DNA of 64,000 bases from Selaginella moellendorffii (taxonomy: Eukaryota > Plantae > Lycopodiophyta). Under the pieces are notes generated by a model. That model saw only the letters and a list, made by a program, of their open reading frames with translations, was not told the DNA's origin and searched no databases. Each line of letters begins with the position of its first letter. The first letter of the stretch is position 1. Both the position numbers and the translations under genes were made by a program. The DNA is taken from assembly GCF_000143415.4 (NCBI RefSeq), contig NW_003314268.1:511117-575116 (forward strand), given 5' to 3'. Positions 1-11,747 of the stretch are shown one piece after another.

Positions 1-739
1 TAATTTAAGAAATGTTGACAATGCTAATATGTATAACCAACTTCATCACATATTTAATAGTAAATATCATAGCCAAGACCACATCCATATCCATGTTCTC
101 ATTTTTCATCTTTTACAAAAAGTGGAGTTAAAGTACATATAAGTACAAGTAGAAGAGGTAATGTTTTATAATGCTATGTTAGCAGAAGAGTATTGTTAAG
201 GGTGGGTGGGACAAGTGTATATATAAGACCTATAAAATTTTGATAAAGTGATGTTTACAACATGCCCAATTTGATATGCTCTGACATATTTAGCTTTATA
301 TAAAGCAAAAGGCTTTAGAAGAAAATATTAAATTACAAAATTAACTCAAATGGCCTTTGATAGAAATGATGTAATTGTTAGAAAGCATATTCATTATCGT
401 TAACATGTCTATACACAAGCATAAAAATCTTTAGGAAAAAGTTTCAATCTATATAAGTGGCTGCACTCAAACCATTATACCACTACAATTATATCCCTTA
501 AAAGTATTTGGGAAACTTATGTAGACACTAAGCATCATCCTAAAAATGAAAGATGGTAATCACAATAAAGTGATCGAACCAAATATATTAACATCAATTC
601 TACTAACTCAAAATGTAACCTTAAGTTTCTAATGTGCTTTATTTTTGAGCCTAAACATAAACTCAAACAAATGATATATCTCAATCCATATAATAAACCC
701 ATGAAACAACCAAAAAGAAAATAAAAAACAACAAAGAGA

Positions 740-741
<2 letters not shown>

Positions 742-797
<56 letters not shown>
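742..797. repeat. (AT)n microsatellite
   Basis: Uninterrupted AT dinucleotide run of ~28 units. Confidence 0.95.
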
Positions 798-799
<2 letters not shown>

Positions 800-2043
800 A
801 TTTCAAAGAAATTAATTAATTAATTAAAATTAATTAAAATTTTGAAAGTTATATAGCTAGAAAAGTGGACATCATAATTTTTGTAGTGGACTGTAGGTGA
901 AAATTGAGAAAAATAAGTAATATATATGAAAAATTACTATTATATTATCATGGAGCATATTTATTATATAGTTTATATGACAAGCAAGATTTTATATTAT
1001 TATTCATATACTTCATAGATCAAGTAGATTATTGATTTCTATTAATATATTAAAACATGCAAAGATGACTTTAAAACATGTATATATAAAAATAAACTTT
1101 CAGTTTTATTATTAATCTACTTGTTTAAATTTTGAAAATCATAATAGCTTCACATTATATCTTTAACAAAAACTAAATTCCCATTATTTTAAAATTCAGT
1201 TAAACAAGTTCTTAAAGAAATATGATGTGAATAAAACATTTTCGTTTTTTAAATTTTTTTTAAAAAAATTAATAAAAAATCTAAGCTCCTCCTTGAAATT
1301 TTATCTGTACTATCACATAATATTCTTTATGTTTTCTGCTCTACATTACTTCAGTAAGATTTAAAGCTTTTGAATATTTCAGTTCATTAATATTTGCATA
1401 TATAGTAATTTAATTATCAGAACAGTTTGATAACAACTGTGTAATTCAAGCAAAATCTGGACGCAAAAGGTTAAGCCAGCCAGATGGCTTATTTTAATAT
1501 TATCGATTTTAATTTTAAAGGCAATGTGCCACCAACCCAAGCCAATTGAAGCCAGCAGGCCCGAGTTTAAACAGAGTATTATTCGTGTAAAAGATACCCC
1601 GCTGATAATGACTCCGTTGTACTCATCTTCCACCTTTACGTGGAACACGGCTTCGTCGGATCGGACGGACCACAACAGCGACGTCTACGTAAGCAAAATG
1701 AATGCAATGGTGGCGATAGAGACGTGCAAGGAAAAAAGAAAACCAAAAGAGAATTAGGGGAGAGAACGAAAGAATTAAGTAGTGAGTGAGAGCCCATGAT
1801 TCACAAATTTATATGTGAAAGCTGTGTAGCAAAGCTTGGTTGTTTGATTCAATTGGGTGTCTCACACGATGTTTTGGATTTTCGCCCATCGACGGCTGCC
1901 AACCTTCTGGCCACCGACGGCTGCGATCGAGAAAAAAGAAGACTTTTGTTTTGCAAAACCGTTCGTTCTTTCTCCGAGTCATACGTGCCTTTGGCCCGGC
2001 TGTAAATTGAAGACCTCTTGGTCCGTTTCTCTCAATCCTGGCA

Positions 2044-3634
2044 ATGGCGAAGGGATGGAAGAAGAATCGCCGGAGCGCAAGAGTTGTCCTCTGTTTCGCG
2101 GCACTGGGGAGCTGGATAATCGTGGAATTGTTGAGCGTCATCCAGCACAGAGCAGCAATAGTTTGTAGGAATCGATGCGCCAGAGCTCAATTTCTCTGTG
2201 AATTTTCTTGATTGACAAGTTTTCTCGCAGATGATGTTCCAGAGCTGTTCATTCTTTTCAGGAGCAATCCCGGCAGGCGGATGAACTTGTTGTTGGGGAA
2301 ATTCAGCAATGGAAACCAGGATCGAGCCCAGCAACCGGCAGCTCAAGAAGAGAAAGCTCAAGGACTAGGTGCGATTCGATTTGTAGGAAATTTGCAAACC
2401 ATTTGTGAAGTTTCGTGCTCTTGGCTACGCAGGCTTGAATATGGAGAAAATCAAATCAAACATCACTTGCGATTTCTCTCACTTTCGAACCGACGTATGC
2501 GAATTGCGAGGCGACGTCCGAGTGAGCGGTGGAAGAGCCGGCAAAGTCGCGCTCCTGGACGCAGAATCACCCCAAGACTCACACCAAGTTGTGGCAAAGA
2601 TCAAGCCTTACACAAGAAAATGGGAGAAGAGCTGCATGGCCACAATTGGAGAGGTCTCGCTGGAAATCCTCCCTCTCAGCTCCTCGCCCAGCATGCCTTG
2701 CGACACAAACCATTCCGTCCCGGCGGTGATCCTCTCCACGGGCGGCTACACCGGCAACGTCTACCACGAGTTTAACGACGGCCTCATTCCCCTCTTCATC
2801 ACCTCCCACAAATTCCATGGCGAGGTTGTCTTCCTCGTCCTGGAGCTCCACAAATGGTGGATGATGAAATACGGTAGCATCGTGAGCAAGCTCTCAAACT
2901 ATCCCGTCCAGGATTTCGATCGCTCCAAGCGTATCCACTGCTTCCCGCAAGCAATCCTGGGGATGCAAATTCACGACGAGCTCGCCATCGCCAGCCAAGC
3001 ACCAGAAGCTTCAATGCGCGACTTCCAGCAGCTGCTCAAAGCCTCGCTCAACTCCCAGAAATCTCCACTCAAGCCCATGTCCCGCGTCGCAAAAGTTGGC
3101 AACAAAGTTGGCGGATCTTCGAGCCCAAAGTTGGTGCTGCTGGCCCGGAAGGGCAGCAGGGTCTTGCTCAACCAGAACGCACTCGTGAGGCTGGCCAAGA
3201 AGATCGGGTTCCGTGTCGTTGTGCTCGCACCAAACTCGCACTCGTCCCTGTTTGAGCTTCACGAGGAGCTGCACTCGGCCCATGTCATGGTTGGCGTGCA
3301 TGGGGCGGCACTCACGCACTTCCTGTTTATGAGGCCGGCTTCGGTTTTCATTCAGATTGTTCCTCTGGGGACGGAATGGGCTGCGCAGACTTACTATGGC
3401 CAGCCAGCCATGAAAGCAGGGCTTAGGTATTTGGAGTACAAGATCGTGGCGGAGGAGAGCAGCCTGGTGAAGAAGCTGGGGCGGGAGAGTGCAGCTGTTG
3501 CACATCCTGAGGAGATCACCTCCAAGGGCTGGTGGGAGATGAAGAAGATTTACTTGCAGAACCAGGATGTCATGCTGTCGCTGCACAGGTTTAGACCTCT
3601 CCTTGAGCAAGCATTCAAAGAGAGTGTTTTCTAG
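2044..3634 (+). CDS. Glycosyltransferase family 61 (xylan/beta-1,2-xylosyltransferase-like, DUF563), type II membrane protein
   Basis: Large exon 2433-3634 has GT61 motifs (STGGYTGNVYHEFNDG, HVMVGVHGAALTHFLF, FIQIVPLG, IYLQNQDV). ATG 2044 encodes a basic N-terminus plus TM helix (MAKGWKKNRRSARVVLCFAALGSWIIVELL). Predicted introns ~2165-2230 and 2369-2432. Confidence 0.88.
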
Positions 3635-3899
3635 GCATTTTTTGAACTGTAAAAAAAGGAAACAAAAATGTTTGTAAATCTTTTCCAGAACTGGAAAAAA
3701 ATATAAAAATGTTAAAACTATAAAATGGTTCTTCCGGTCAGAAAGAATGTCAAGCCCACTTTGCAAAATGGTAGGCTAGCAGCTCTCCTTTGAGCTCTTC
3801 AGCATCTGGAACAAGAGCAGGCAGAAAAAAGCCTGAAAATACAAATGGCTGAACAGAAACACGGGAAGTTTTTAGCCTGGTGGAGCGGATAGAGTTTTT

Positions 3900-4889
3900 T
3901 TAGCTTTCGTGTACCTGTGGCCAGCCGGATTTGTGGTGATAGACCAGTGGATTCAATCCATGCCGGAGTGAGCTGCTCTGGACTTTCATGCAAGGAATGC
4001 ACTGAGGATAGAACTTTTGGGTCAGTTTGAGCCGGCGTCGAGGCTTCCAGTGAAGAGCATTAGGCGGTATGTGATCTGCAATGCTAACAGAGATCATCAA
4101 TCGCTATCGAAGGCTTCCAAGCTAAGAGTTTTGAGATTTTACCTTTCTCCGATTGTCTTGCCGCAGTGGTGGCAACCAAACTCTCTGTACAAAAGCCTGA
4201 TGAGGAACTTTTCGTGCTTGGAGGCATAGCGCATTCCTGCTGTGAGATGATCTTTATGCGAGGAAACAAAATGGAAGAGTTGAGAACTTACAAGGAAGAT
4301 AAGCCAGTGCATAAACTCCAGGAAATCGCACATCACTTGGCAATAGATTCCGATACTTGCCACCTAAAGCCTGCACAAGATTTCCATTTGGTTTTAAGCA
4401 GCAAACATAAACTTGTACCCTTGACTATACCTTGAAGGATACGAGGCCCATCAACGCTGGTAAGAGCACAGGAAGAATTTGAGACGACGACGAGAAACCA
4501 GCATCAACATCTGGAAACTCGGCAGCAGCAATCCTTTCGATTTGATTCACAATCTATTCAATCTACTTTCAGTTTCTTCAAAGAAAGAAGAAAGAAGAAA
4601 AAGAACCTGCATTGAAGATGTCGAGCATAAAGCCACAAACGCCGCACCAAAAGCCCAGCTCGCAAGTGGAGTGGCACAGGAAATCCTGCAGAGCTTTCCT
4701 ACACGCTTCCAGCAAAAAGGGAGTGAAATTTCCCCGCCCAGAAGATCAAAATACCTGCGCAATCGGCAGCGATGCTCCAAACGCAACACCAGCAATAAGC
4801 GTTTTTGCAGGCAATGATAGAGAAGGTCGCTCCTCCATGGACGGCGCTTTCACTTCCACAGCCTCCTCGATCGAAGACGCTTGCCCCAT
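3900..4889 (-). CDS. Multi-exon uncharacterised protein with N-terminal hydrophobic segments and C-terminal HNH-like (CHHC...DHxPP...CxxC) domain
   Basis: Exons read MGQASSIEEAVEVKAP...FGASLPIAQ / RISCATPLASWAFG / YREFGCHHCGKT / IADHIPPN...QKFYPQCIPCMKVQ, separated by short GT-AG introns. The 3' end may extend to 3799. Confidence 0.6.
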
Positions 4890-5304
4890 GGATAGAACAA
4901 GAAACCCTAAGGTTTACTAGTAGGAAATTAGAATTAAGAGAACAAAATTATTAAAATTACTTTAATATATTGCAATTATGATTTTTACAATAAAAAATAA
5001 TTATTTTATTTTATGCATCCAACATGTTTGTAAGTATTTGTTGCCAACTAATCTTTATTTGATGCTGAAGTATTATAATTTACAAAATTACAATCATATT
5101 GAATAGTAATATATGTAAGATAAAAATATTTAACACAAAACTTATTAATTGACCATAAAGTTTTAAAATATTCATTATATAGAATAAGGTTGCCATTAGT
5201 TTGGAAACTAAGTATATAATTATCATTATATTCTTTATTGTCAGATTTCCATAATAAATTTTCTTCAGAACAAAGTTTAAGTATATAGTTTAAATTTAAA
5301 TAAA

Positions 5305-5904
5305 TTATATTTTTCCCATTAAAGGATTTAAAAACTTCACCCTTTTTAATGAATTTTTTGGGTATCCTGCATATAACATTGAGAAACTTATATCACAATT
5401 TTCTTGAAAATAAGTTATTCTAGAAAATTTTAGTATATATGTTAAATATGTTAGATTCATATTCCACCAATAATAAACAAAATAATCAATTTCAAAATTA
5501 GTAGCTATAATAGTGCATTCACTAGATTTTGTAATTCTCATAGTATTGTTATATTTTTTAACTAAATAAAGAATTCTATTTTTTATATTTAAACCAAAAA
5601 TAGAATTATTTGAAAGGTTGCCTACAAAACAATTTAGAGGATTACTTGCAAAACATTTAACACTTACGATTGCAGCACCCCGTCCAAAATCTATAGATAT
5701 CCAGTTATTATAGTTTGGTGAATAATTTGAATCACTAGTATCTATTTTTGAAATTAATATATCAAAACTATATGAAAGTATATTATTAATATTATCATTT
5801 GTCAAAATATCATTTATTCCCCATTTTATATTTTCTTTAGTAAGACATGACTTTGAATTTGTTAATAGAAGACATATGAGAATTAATAATTTTATAAAGA
5901 ACAT
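5305..5904 (-). CDS. Intronless AT-rich orphan ORF (~199 aa) with signal-peptide-like N-terminus
   Basis: Open for ~200 codons in very AT-rich DNA. Begins MFFIKLLILICLLLTNSKSC. No recognisable family. Confidence 0.35.
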   Translation of the reverse strand: MFFIKLLILICLLLTNSKSCLTKENIKWGINDILTNDNINNILSYSFDILISKIDTSDSNYSPNYNNWISIDFGRGAAIVSVKCFASNPLNCFVGNLSNNSIFGLNIKNRILYLVKKYNNTMRITKSSECTIIATNFEIDYFVYYWWNMNLTYLTYILKFSRITYFQENCDISFSMLYAGYPKNSLKRVKFLNPLMGKI

Positions 5905-6589
5905 TTTTATTAACAATTATAAAGCTATTATTTATTATTATAAAATTTTATCCTATTTTATTTACATTTTCTATGTTTTAACTCTCTTAATCTGTAACAA
6001 GTGTTGTAATGTTAAAAAATACATATATTAACTTTTTCTTCATAAAATCTTAAACCAGAAAAGATTCATATAGATATTTAAAAAATATTTTCATAGCCTT
6101 TAATATCAATATAAAGTTAAAGTTTTCCCTTTTTGAGGTTAAATGACTCAAGAAGCATCCATCCATCTCTGGATGATGTGACCATCTTTCATTCATTTGC
6201 TCCAACCATTAGATTATCCTCAGCTGAAGGTAGCTAATGGTTTTTTATTCAAGTGCTAAAGAGCATTAATTCACTAGACTTCTGTTAAAAACTTCAATGC
6301 CTTTTACAAGCTGTAATGATCTTAACTCCAGACGATTGCACCATACTCGAAAAGTTTGTAGAACTGTCACAGGTAGGACTCCTTATATTCATAATGTGCA
6401 AAGAAGAAAGCTTTACATGTTCCCAATGTAACATGGACTCCTAGAACATCAACAATTTCATGGACGAGAAGAAACATCCTCTCTTGGTCATGGTTCTGTC
6501 ACTTCATCAAAAGCTAAAAATATAACCAGCAAGCAAATTGAGTGATTGGAATATGCCTAGCACAGAATCTAAAGGGCTTCCACAACGTC

Positions 6590-6598
6590 GCCACGTGG
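6590..6598. promoter_or_regulatory. G-box (GCCACGTGG) upstream of Lhcb3
   Basis: Canonical light-responsive bZIP/bHLH site ~170 bp upstream of the Lhcb3 ATG. Confidence 0.6.
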
Positions 6599-6722
6599 AG
6601 ATTTGGCTACGCCACGAGGCAGCCTTCCATTGGACATGATTCATTCACCCTATCTCCTCCGTGGATTGTTGTGTGGTTTTAAAACAGTATAGACGCATTC
6701 GTTTTTTGTAAGTCGCTCGATC

Positions 6723-6728
6723 GAGAGA

Positions 6729-6759
<31 letters not shown>
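6723..6759. repeat. (GA)n microsatellite in Lhcb3 5' leader
   Basis: GA run immediately upstream of ATG 6766. Confidence 0.9.
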
Positions 6760-6763
<4 letters not shown>

Positions 6764-6765
6764 AG

Positions 6766-7745
6766 ATGGCAGCAGCGATGATTGCAGCATCCACCGCGGC
6801 TGCGTCAGGCAGCTCCTTCTTGCGGGGATCCGGGTCCAGGAAGAATGCTCTTCGCGATAGATCCGTCCAGTGCCAAGCAAAGGTTTCAATGGTAAGCTCT
6901 CGAAAGTTAATCTCCAGCACCTACATTGCTTCAAAATTCTAATAAATTTTTTGCTCTCCAGGATCTCTGGTATGGACCAGACCGTGTCAAGTTCCTGGGT
7001 CCTTTCTCCGCACAAACTCCATCCTACTTGAAGGGAGAGTTTCCTGGCGATTATGGCTGGGACACTGCCGGACTCTCCGCTGATCCAGAGGCCTTTGCTC
7101 GCAACCGCGCTCTCGAGGTACGCTCATTTAGTTCCAAGAACTTTGGAAGAACTTCCAAACTTCTTGGAACTCTTATCGTGTTCGTAAGTTTGGAAACCAA
7201 CTTGTTGTTTCTTTTCTTTTTGATAAACAAACCAGCTGATCCACGGACGCTGGGCGATGCTGGGAGCTCTTGGCTGCGTCTTCCCGGAGGTCCTCTCCAA
7301 ATGGGTCGGTGTGGAGTTCAAGGAGAAAGTGTGGTTCAAGGCCGGCTCCCAGATCTTCTCCGACGGAGGGCTCGACTATCTCGGCAATCCCAACTTGGTT
7401 CACGCTCAAAGCATCCTCGCCATCTGGGCTTGCCAAGTGATTCTCATGGGACTGGTCGAGGGTTACAGGATCAATGGACTTCCTGACGTTGGAGAAGGCG
7501 GTGACTTGTATCCCGGTGGCCAGTACTTTGATCCCCTGGGGTTTGCTGACGACCCCGAGACTCTGGCGGAGCTCAAGGTGAAGGAGATCAAGAATGGAAG
7601 GCTGGCGATGTTCTCCATGTTCGGTTTCTTCGTCCAAGCTATTGTCACCGGCAAGGGACCTTTGGAAAACTTGTTCGATCATCTCGACAACCCTGTGGTC
7701 AACAATGCTTGGGCCTATGCCACCAGATTTGTTCCTGGCAGCTAA
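6766..7745 (+). CDS. LHCB3: Light-harvesting chlorophyll a/b-binding protein of LHCII, type III
   Basis: Three exons (6766-6891, 6962-7117, 7236-7745). Transit peptide, then [63 protein letters not shown] and [14 protein letters not shown]. The [17 protein letters not shown] pattern is Lhcb3-type. Confidence 0.92.
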
Positions 7746-7940
7746 ACGGAAAAACCAAAAAAAAAAGAAAAAAAGCAGAGAATTTAATTCTTTTGTTTTG
7801 ATTGTAAAAAACACTTCTTAAGAAACACTCATGGTTTTTGCTCTTGAAGCTTATTTCCTGCTTGAACACAAAGAAATAGAAAGAACTTACTATAAAAACT
7901 GTGGCGAACAGGCTTAAAAGATGGTCTTTTAGCTTTAAGC

Positions 7941-9045
7941 TCACTGCGGGTGCCATTTGATACTGCAGCCAACACTGTATTTGTAGTAAAAAAATCGTGT
8001 GAGAAACAAGAGAGAAAAAGAAAGATATATTTCTGACCTTGCGAATTGTGTCCCAGAAATTGGCTTGCCAGAAAGAACACAGTCCAGTGCCTCGCGAATA
8101 TCACTGTAAACATCAACCAAAGCGAATTAGCTATAGCTTGGACTGGATATGGAAATTGGAGCATAGAGCCATGCCTTCCGGTTATGGGCTTGCCGCTGCG
8201 AGGGCGGGACTCGTCGAATCTGCCGTGGTATACGAGCTCGAAGCATTTTTCTTCTGACTGGTAGGAGAAAAGATGTTTTTTTTTTCCAACTGTTATGCGA
8301 GAAAACCAAGTTACCTTTTTGAACAAGAAAAACTCCGGAGTGCAAACAGCTCCATAAGCTTTAGCAACTTCCTGAGTCTGTGGAGACAAGGATTTAGACA
8401 AAATAAGAGAAAACACTCGAGAGAGAGAGAGAGAGAGAGCTCTAGAGAAAAGAAAATACATGCCTCGTCATAAAGATATGGGAAGTTGTAGCCAAATTTT
8501 TTAGCATCCTCTGCCATCATCTCAGGTCCATCCTACACATCAAACAAACTCTCAAAACTTCTGCAAACTAGAAAAAGAAAAAAGAAAGACAAGCAAGAAA
8601 AGCGAAAAACAAGCGAAATTTTCTCACTTCTGGATGTGTTGCCACCGAGTTTGAGGAGATTCCAACCACAGCAACACCCTTCTGTTGCACAAACGCTATT
8701 AAAACCCAAGAAGGAGAAAAAGGAAAGATTTCCCTTCCACCTGTGAATACTCTTGTGCAAGCTTGGCAATGCCTTCCTTCAGATGCACAACATATGGACA
8801 ATGGTTGCAGATAAACATCACCTGAAAAAGAAGTTTTAGAATCTCCTGGACGAAAAGAAGAAGCAAAGTCACCAAAAGTGCTGGAGATTGCTTGAAATCC
8901 TCGAGCTTCCATGTCTTTCCGCTCAAAGGCTCCGGGAGCTGAAACTTCCTAAGTGTTAGAGAAACAAATTAAATCGAAACAAGAAATGCTGCGAGCACAC
9001 CTCAAAGTTTGGGGCCGCTTCTCCCAATTCCAGCCTCTTCGCCAT
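7941..9045 (-). CDS. Thioredoxin-fold AhpC/TSA family protein (ICNHCPYV type), ~9 exons
   Basis: Spliced exons: MAKRLELGEAAPNFE / LPEPLSGKTWKLEDF / VMFICNHCPYVVHLK / GISSNSVATHPE / DGPEMMAEDAK..FPYLYDE / TQEVAKAYGAVCTPEFFLF / YHGRFDESRP / VGCSIKWHPQ*. True start may lie further upstream. Confidence 0.88.
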
Positions 9046-9094
9046 AGCCGCGTTCACGCTAACACCCAAAAAGAAAAATACAAGTTAAGAAGCA

Positions 9095-11635
9095 CTATAG
9101 AAAGAATCGATTTTTACCTTGGGCGTGCCTTTGCATGCTTGAGGCCATGACAAAAACCGCGGACCTCGAGCTCACCTCCGCCAACTTTCCAAGAACGCGC
9201 CCTCCAATCGCGAGTTCCTCGTCGGACGAGTGCAAATTCCTACACGAGCTCAGCAAGCTCGTCAATGCCACCGCGTCGGGCTCGAAAGGCATGCTCTCCA
9301 CGAGCTCCAGCGCTTCCTGGAGCCTCCCGGATCGTCCCAAGAGATCCACAACGCAGCCAAAGTGATCGCGGTCGGGCTCCACGAAGAAATCCCCCTTGAG
9401 AGTGACGAAGTAGTCTCGGGCGTAGCGGAGCTTCCCGGCGTGAGCGCAAGCTGTGAGAAGGCTCGTAAGCGTCGAGGCATCCGGGAGAGATCCATCCAGC
9501 GCCATGAGCTCCACGAGCTCGCTGGCTCGATCCGAGAGACCATTGTGAGCGTAAGCTCCGATCATCACATTCCATGACGAGGAGGAGATACCACCGAGCT
9601 TTGATCCATGGAAGATCTCCATGGCCTCGCGCAAGCACCCGGATTTGCCATAGAAGTTGATGAGCGTGTTGGTGATGATCTCCGAGTAGTGGCGGGAGTG
9701 GAATCGATCCACCAAGCTGGCGTGGATGATCCTCCCCTCGGTCAGCGCTGGAGCTCCCAGGCAAGCATCCAGGACTGCCAAGAACGTCACCTCGTCGCTC
9801 TCCACTCCGGAGAGATCCATCTCGCGGAAGCACTGGATGGCCCCGCGGTAGAGCTTGCAGTGGCAGTGGGCCGCGATGATCGCGTTCCAGATCGGGGTGG
9901 TCGGCTCGCCGATCGAATCAAAGAGGGCTTTTGATCGATCTATGGATCCTCCTTCGTGCCGTGCGAGCTCGGTGATGATCACCACCCATGCGATCTCGTC
10001 GCGCTGCGGCATTCGATCGATCGCGGCGGTAGCAATGGTCGGCTCCCCGAATCGAGCGCACGCCTCCACGATCGCGTTCCAGGAGGCCTGATCGCGCTGG
10101 GCGAGGCTGTGGAAGATCGCCAGTGCCTGGGAGAGGGATGATCCACCACTCCGGCCGAGAAGGCTGATCATCGATGTTCCTGGGAGGAGCTGGAGATCCG
10201 GGCGGGGGATTCGATCAAACACGGTCTTGGCGCCATCGATTCGATGCTCCGCCGCGAGCACCTGGATCATCGCGTTGCTAGCGCACGAATCGTGGGCGGG
10301 CATTCGATCGAAGAGCCTCTTCGCGTGGATGAGATGATCGCCGCTCAAAACGTTCTCAGCCAGCGCGACGAGGAGCGCGTTCCAGCAGTAGAGATCGCGG
10401 TGAGGGAGGCGATCGAAGAGATAGATCGCGTCGGCAGCGCCGCCATAGCGGCGGGCGTGGGCCGCCACGATCATCGTCCACGAGATGAGATCGCCGCCAC
10501 TACCACCGTCGCCTGGGATGGAATCCAGCACCGCCATCGCGCCGTGCACGTCCCCGCGATCGGTGTGGGCTTTGATCGCGGCGTTGAAGGAGACAATGCT
10601 GCGCGCTGGCATTCGATCGAAGAGCTCGCCCATCGTGGCTATTTGCTCCGCAAAGACCCCGAGAGCAGTGTTCCAGGACAAGAGGTTCCTGTGGCGCATC
10701 GATTGGAAGAGCTCGCGCGCGCGGTCGATCGACGGGCAGTGCTGGAGGATCGCGTTCCAGGGATTGACGCTGTGCTGGGGCATCCTCCGCAGCATCGACC
10801 ACGAATCGTGGATTCGCCCCGCTTTGGCATTTACCGCGATCATCGCGTTCCAAGAGATTGCGTTCCTCTCGGGCATACGATCGAAGATCTCTTGTGCTGA
10901 ATCGAGCTTGTGTGATTCAGCATAGGCCCCTAGAAATGCCGTCCAGGAGATCACATCATGGAGAGGAATCCGATCAAAGACATCGTCAATCCACTGCAAA
11001 TCCCCTGCTTGGGCAGATGCAGTGAGTAGACAATTCCAGGACGAGAGCTGCCGCGCGGGCATTCGATCAAAGATTTCTTTGGCATCACAGACTGAATGGT
11101 GCTGCGCGAAAGCTTGCATCAGTGTGTTCCAGGAGATGGAATCGGGCTCGGGCATGAAATCAAAGACATGCTTCGCTTGAGCACATTGCCCTGTTTGGGC
11201 AAATGCCGCGATAAGCACATTCCAGCAAGGGGAATCCCACTGGGGCGTCCGCAAGAACGTAGCTATCGCGGCTTCCATCTCGCCGCTCTTCGCGAATCCG
11301 GCTATAAGGACTGTCCACGCAACCAGATCCCGCGCGGGCATGGCGACGAACGCCGCGCGCGCTGCGTCGATGTGGCCATTCTCCGCGTAGGCGGCCAGGA
11401 TCATGTTCCAGGAGAAACGATTCTTGGGCTCGATGGCGTCGAAGACGCGGCAGGCATCGCCCACGCTGCCGCAGTTGCCATACATTCGAACAAGCATGTT
11501 GCTGAGCAGCACATCGCGATCCGCGAACCCAGCGGCCGCGATCCTGGCGTGGAGGGCTCGCCCCTCGACGAGGCTGGAGCATTGGCGCAAGAGGCGAGCG
11601 AGGGATTCCCTGCAAGAAGCACTCACGGCGGTCAT
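9095..11635 (-). CDS. PLS-class pentatricopeptide repeat protein with truncated E domain, no DYW
   Basis: Intronless ORF with many ~31-aa repeats (FDRMPERNAISWNAMI type) and terminal HFGCVVDLLGRSGRLQEA..MPFEPDAV. Start placed at MTAVSA (11635) because the longer in-frame extension overlaps IMP1 exon 1. Confidence 0.9.
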   Translation of the reverse strand: MTAVSASCRESLARLLRQCSSLVEGRALHARIAAAGFADRDVLLSNMLVRMYGNCGSVGDACRVFDAIEPKNRFSWNMILAAYAENGHIDAARAAFVAMPARDLVAWTVLIAGFAKSGEMEAAIATFLRTPQWDSPCWNVLIAAFAQTGQCAQAKHVFDFMPEPDSISWNTLMQAFAQHHSVCDAKEIFDRMPARQLSSWNCLLTASAQAGDLQWIDDVFDRIPLHDVISWTAFLGAYAESHKLDSAQEIFDRMPERNAISWNAMIAVNAKAGRIHDSWSMLRRMPQHSVNPWNAILQHCPSIDRARELFQSMRHRNLLSWNTALGVFAEQIATMGELFDRMPARSIVSFNAAIKAHTDRGDVHGAMAVLDSIPGDGGSGGDLISWTMIVAAHARRYGGAADAIYLFDRLPHRDLYCWNALLVALAENVLSGDHLIHAKRLFDRMPAHDSCASNAMIQVLAAEHRIDGAKTVFDRIPRPDLQLLPGTSMISLLGRSGGSSLSQALAIFHSLAQRDQASWNAIVEACARFGEPTIATAAIDRMPQRDEIAWVVIITELARHEGGSIDRSKALFDSIGEPTTPIWNAIIAAHCHCKLYRGAIQCFREMDLSGVESDEVTFLAVLDACLGAPALTEGRIIHASLVDRFHSRHYSEIITNTLINFYGKSGCLREAMEIFHGSKLGGISSSSWNVMIGAYAHNGLSDRASELVELMALDGSLPDASTLTSLLTACAHAGKLRYARDYFVTLKGDFFVEPDRDHFGCVVDLLGRSGRLQEALELVESMPFEPDAVALTSLLSSCRNLHSSDEELAIGGRVLGKLAEVSSRSAVFVMASSMQRHAQGKNRFFL

Positions 11636-11747
11636 TCGCCGCCGGCCATTGCTAGGAAGACGAAGACGGCATATGCTTTGCTCCCCAACAGAATATGTGG
11701 CAGACGGAATATGCAGGTAGGGCTTGACGGAAGATGCCAGGGCAACG

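Noticed and set aside
1-700. Possible degenerate coding remnant in AT-rich DNA
   Set aside because: Frequent stops and no identifiable motif
3011-3766. 251-aa minus-strand ORF
   Set aside because: Antisense shadow of the GT61 exon
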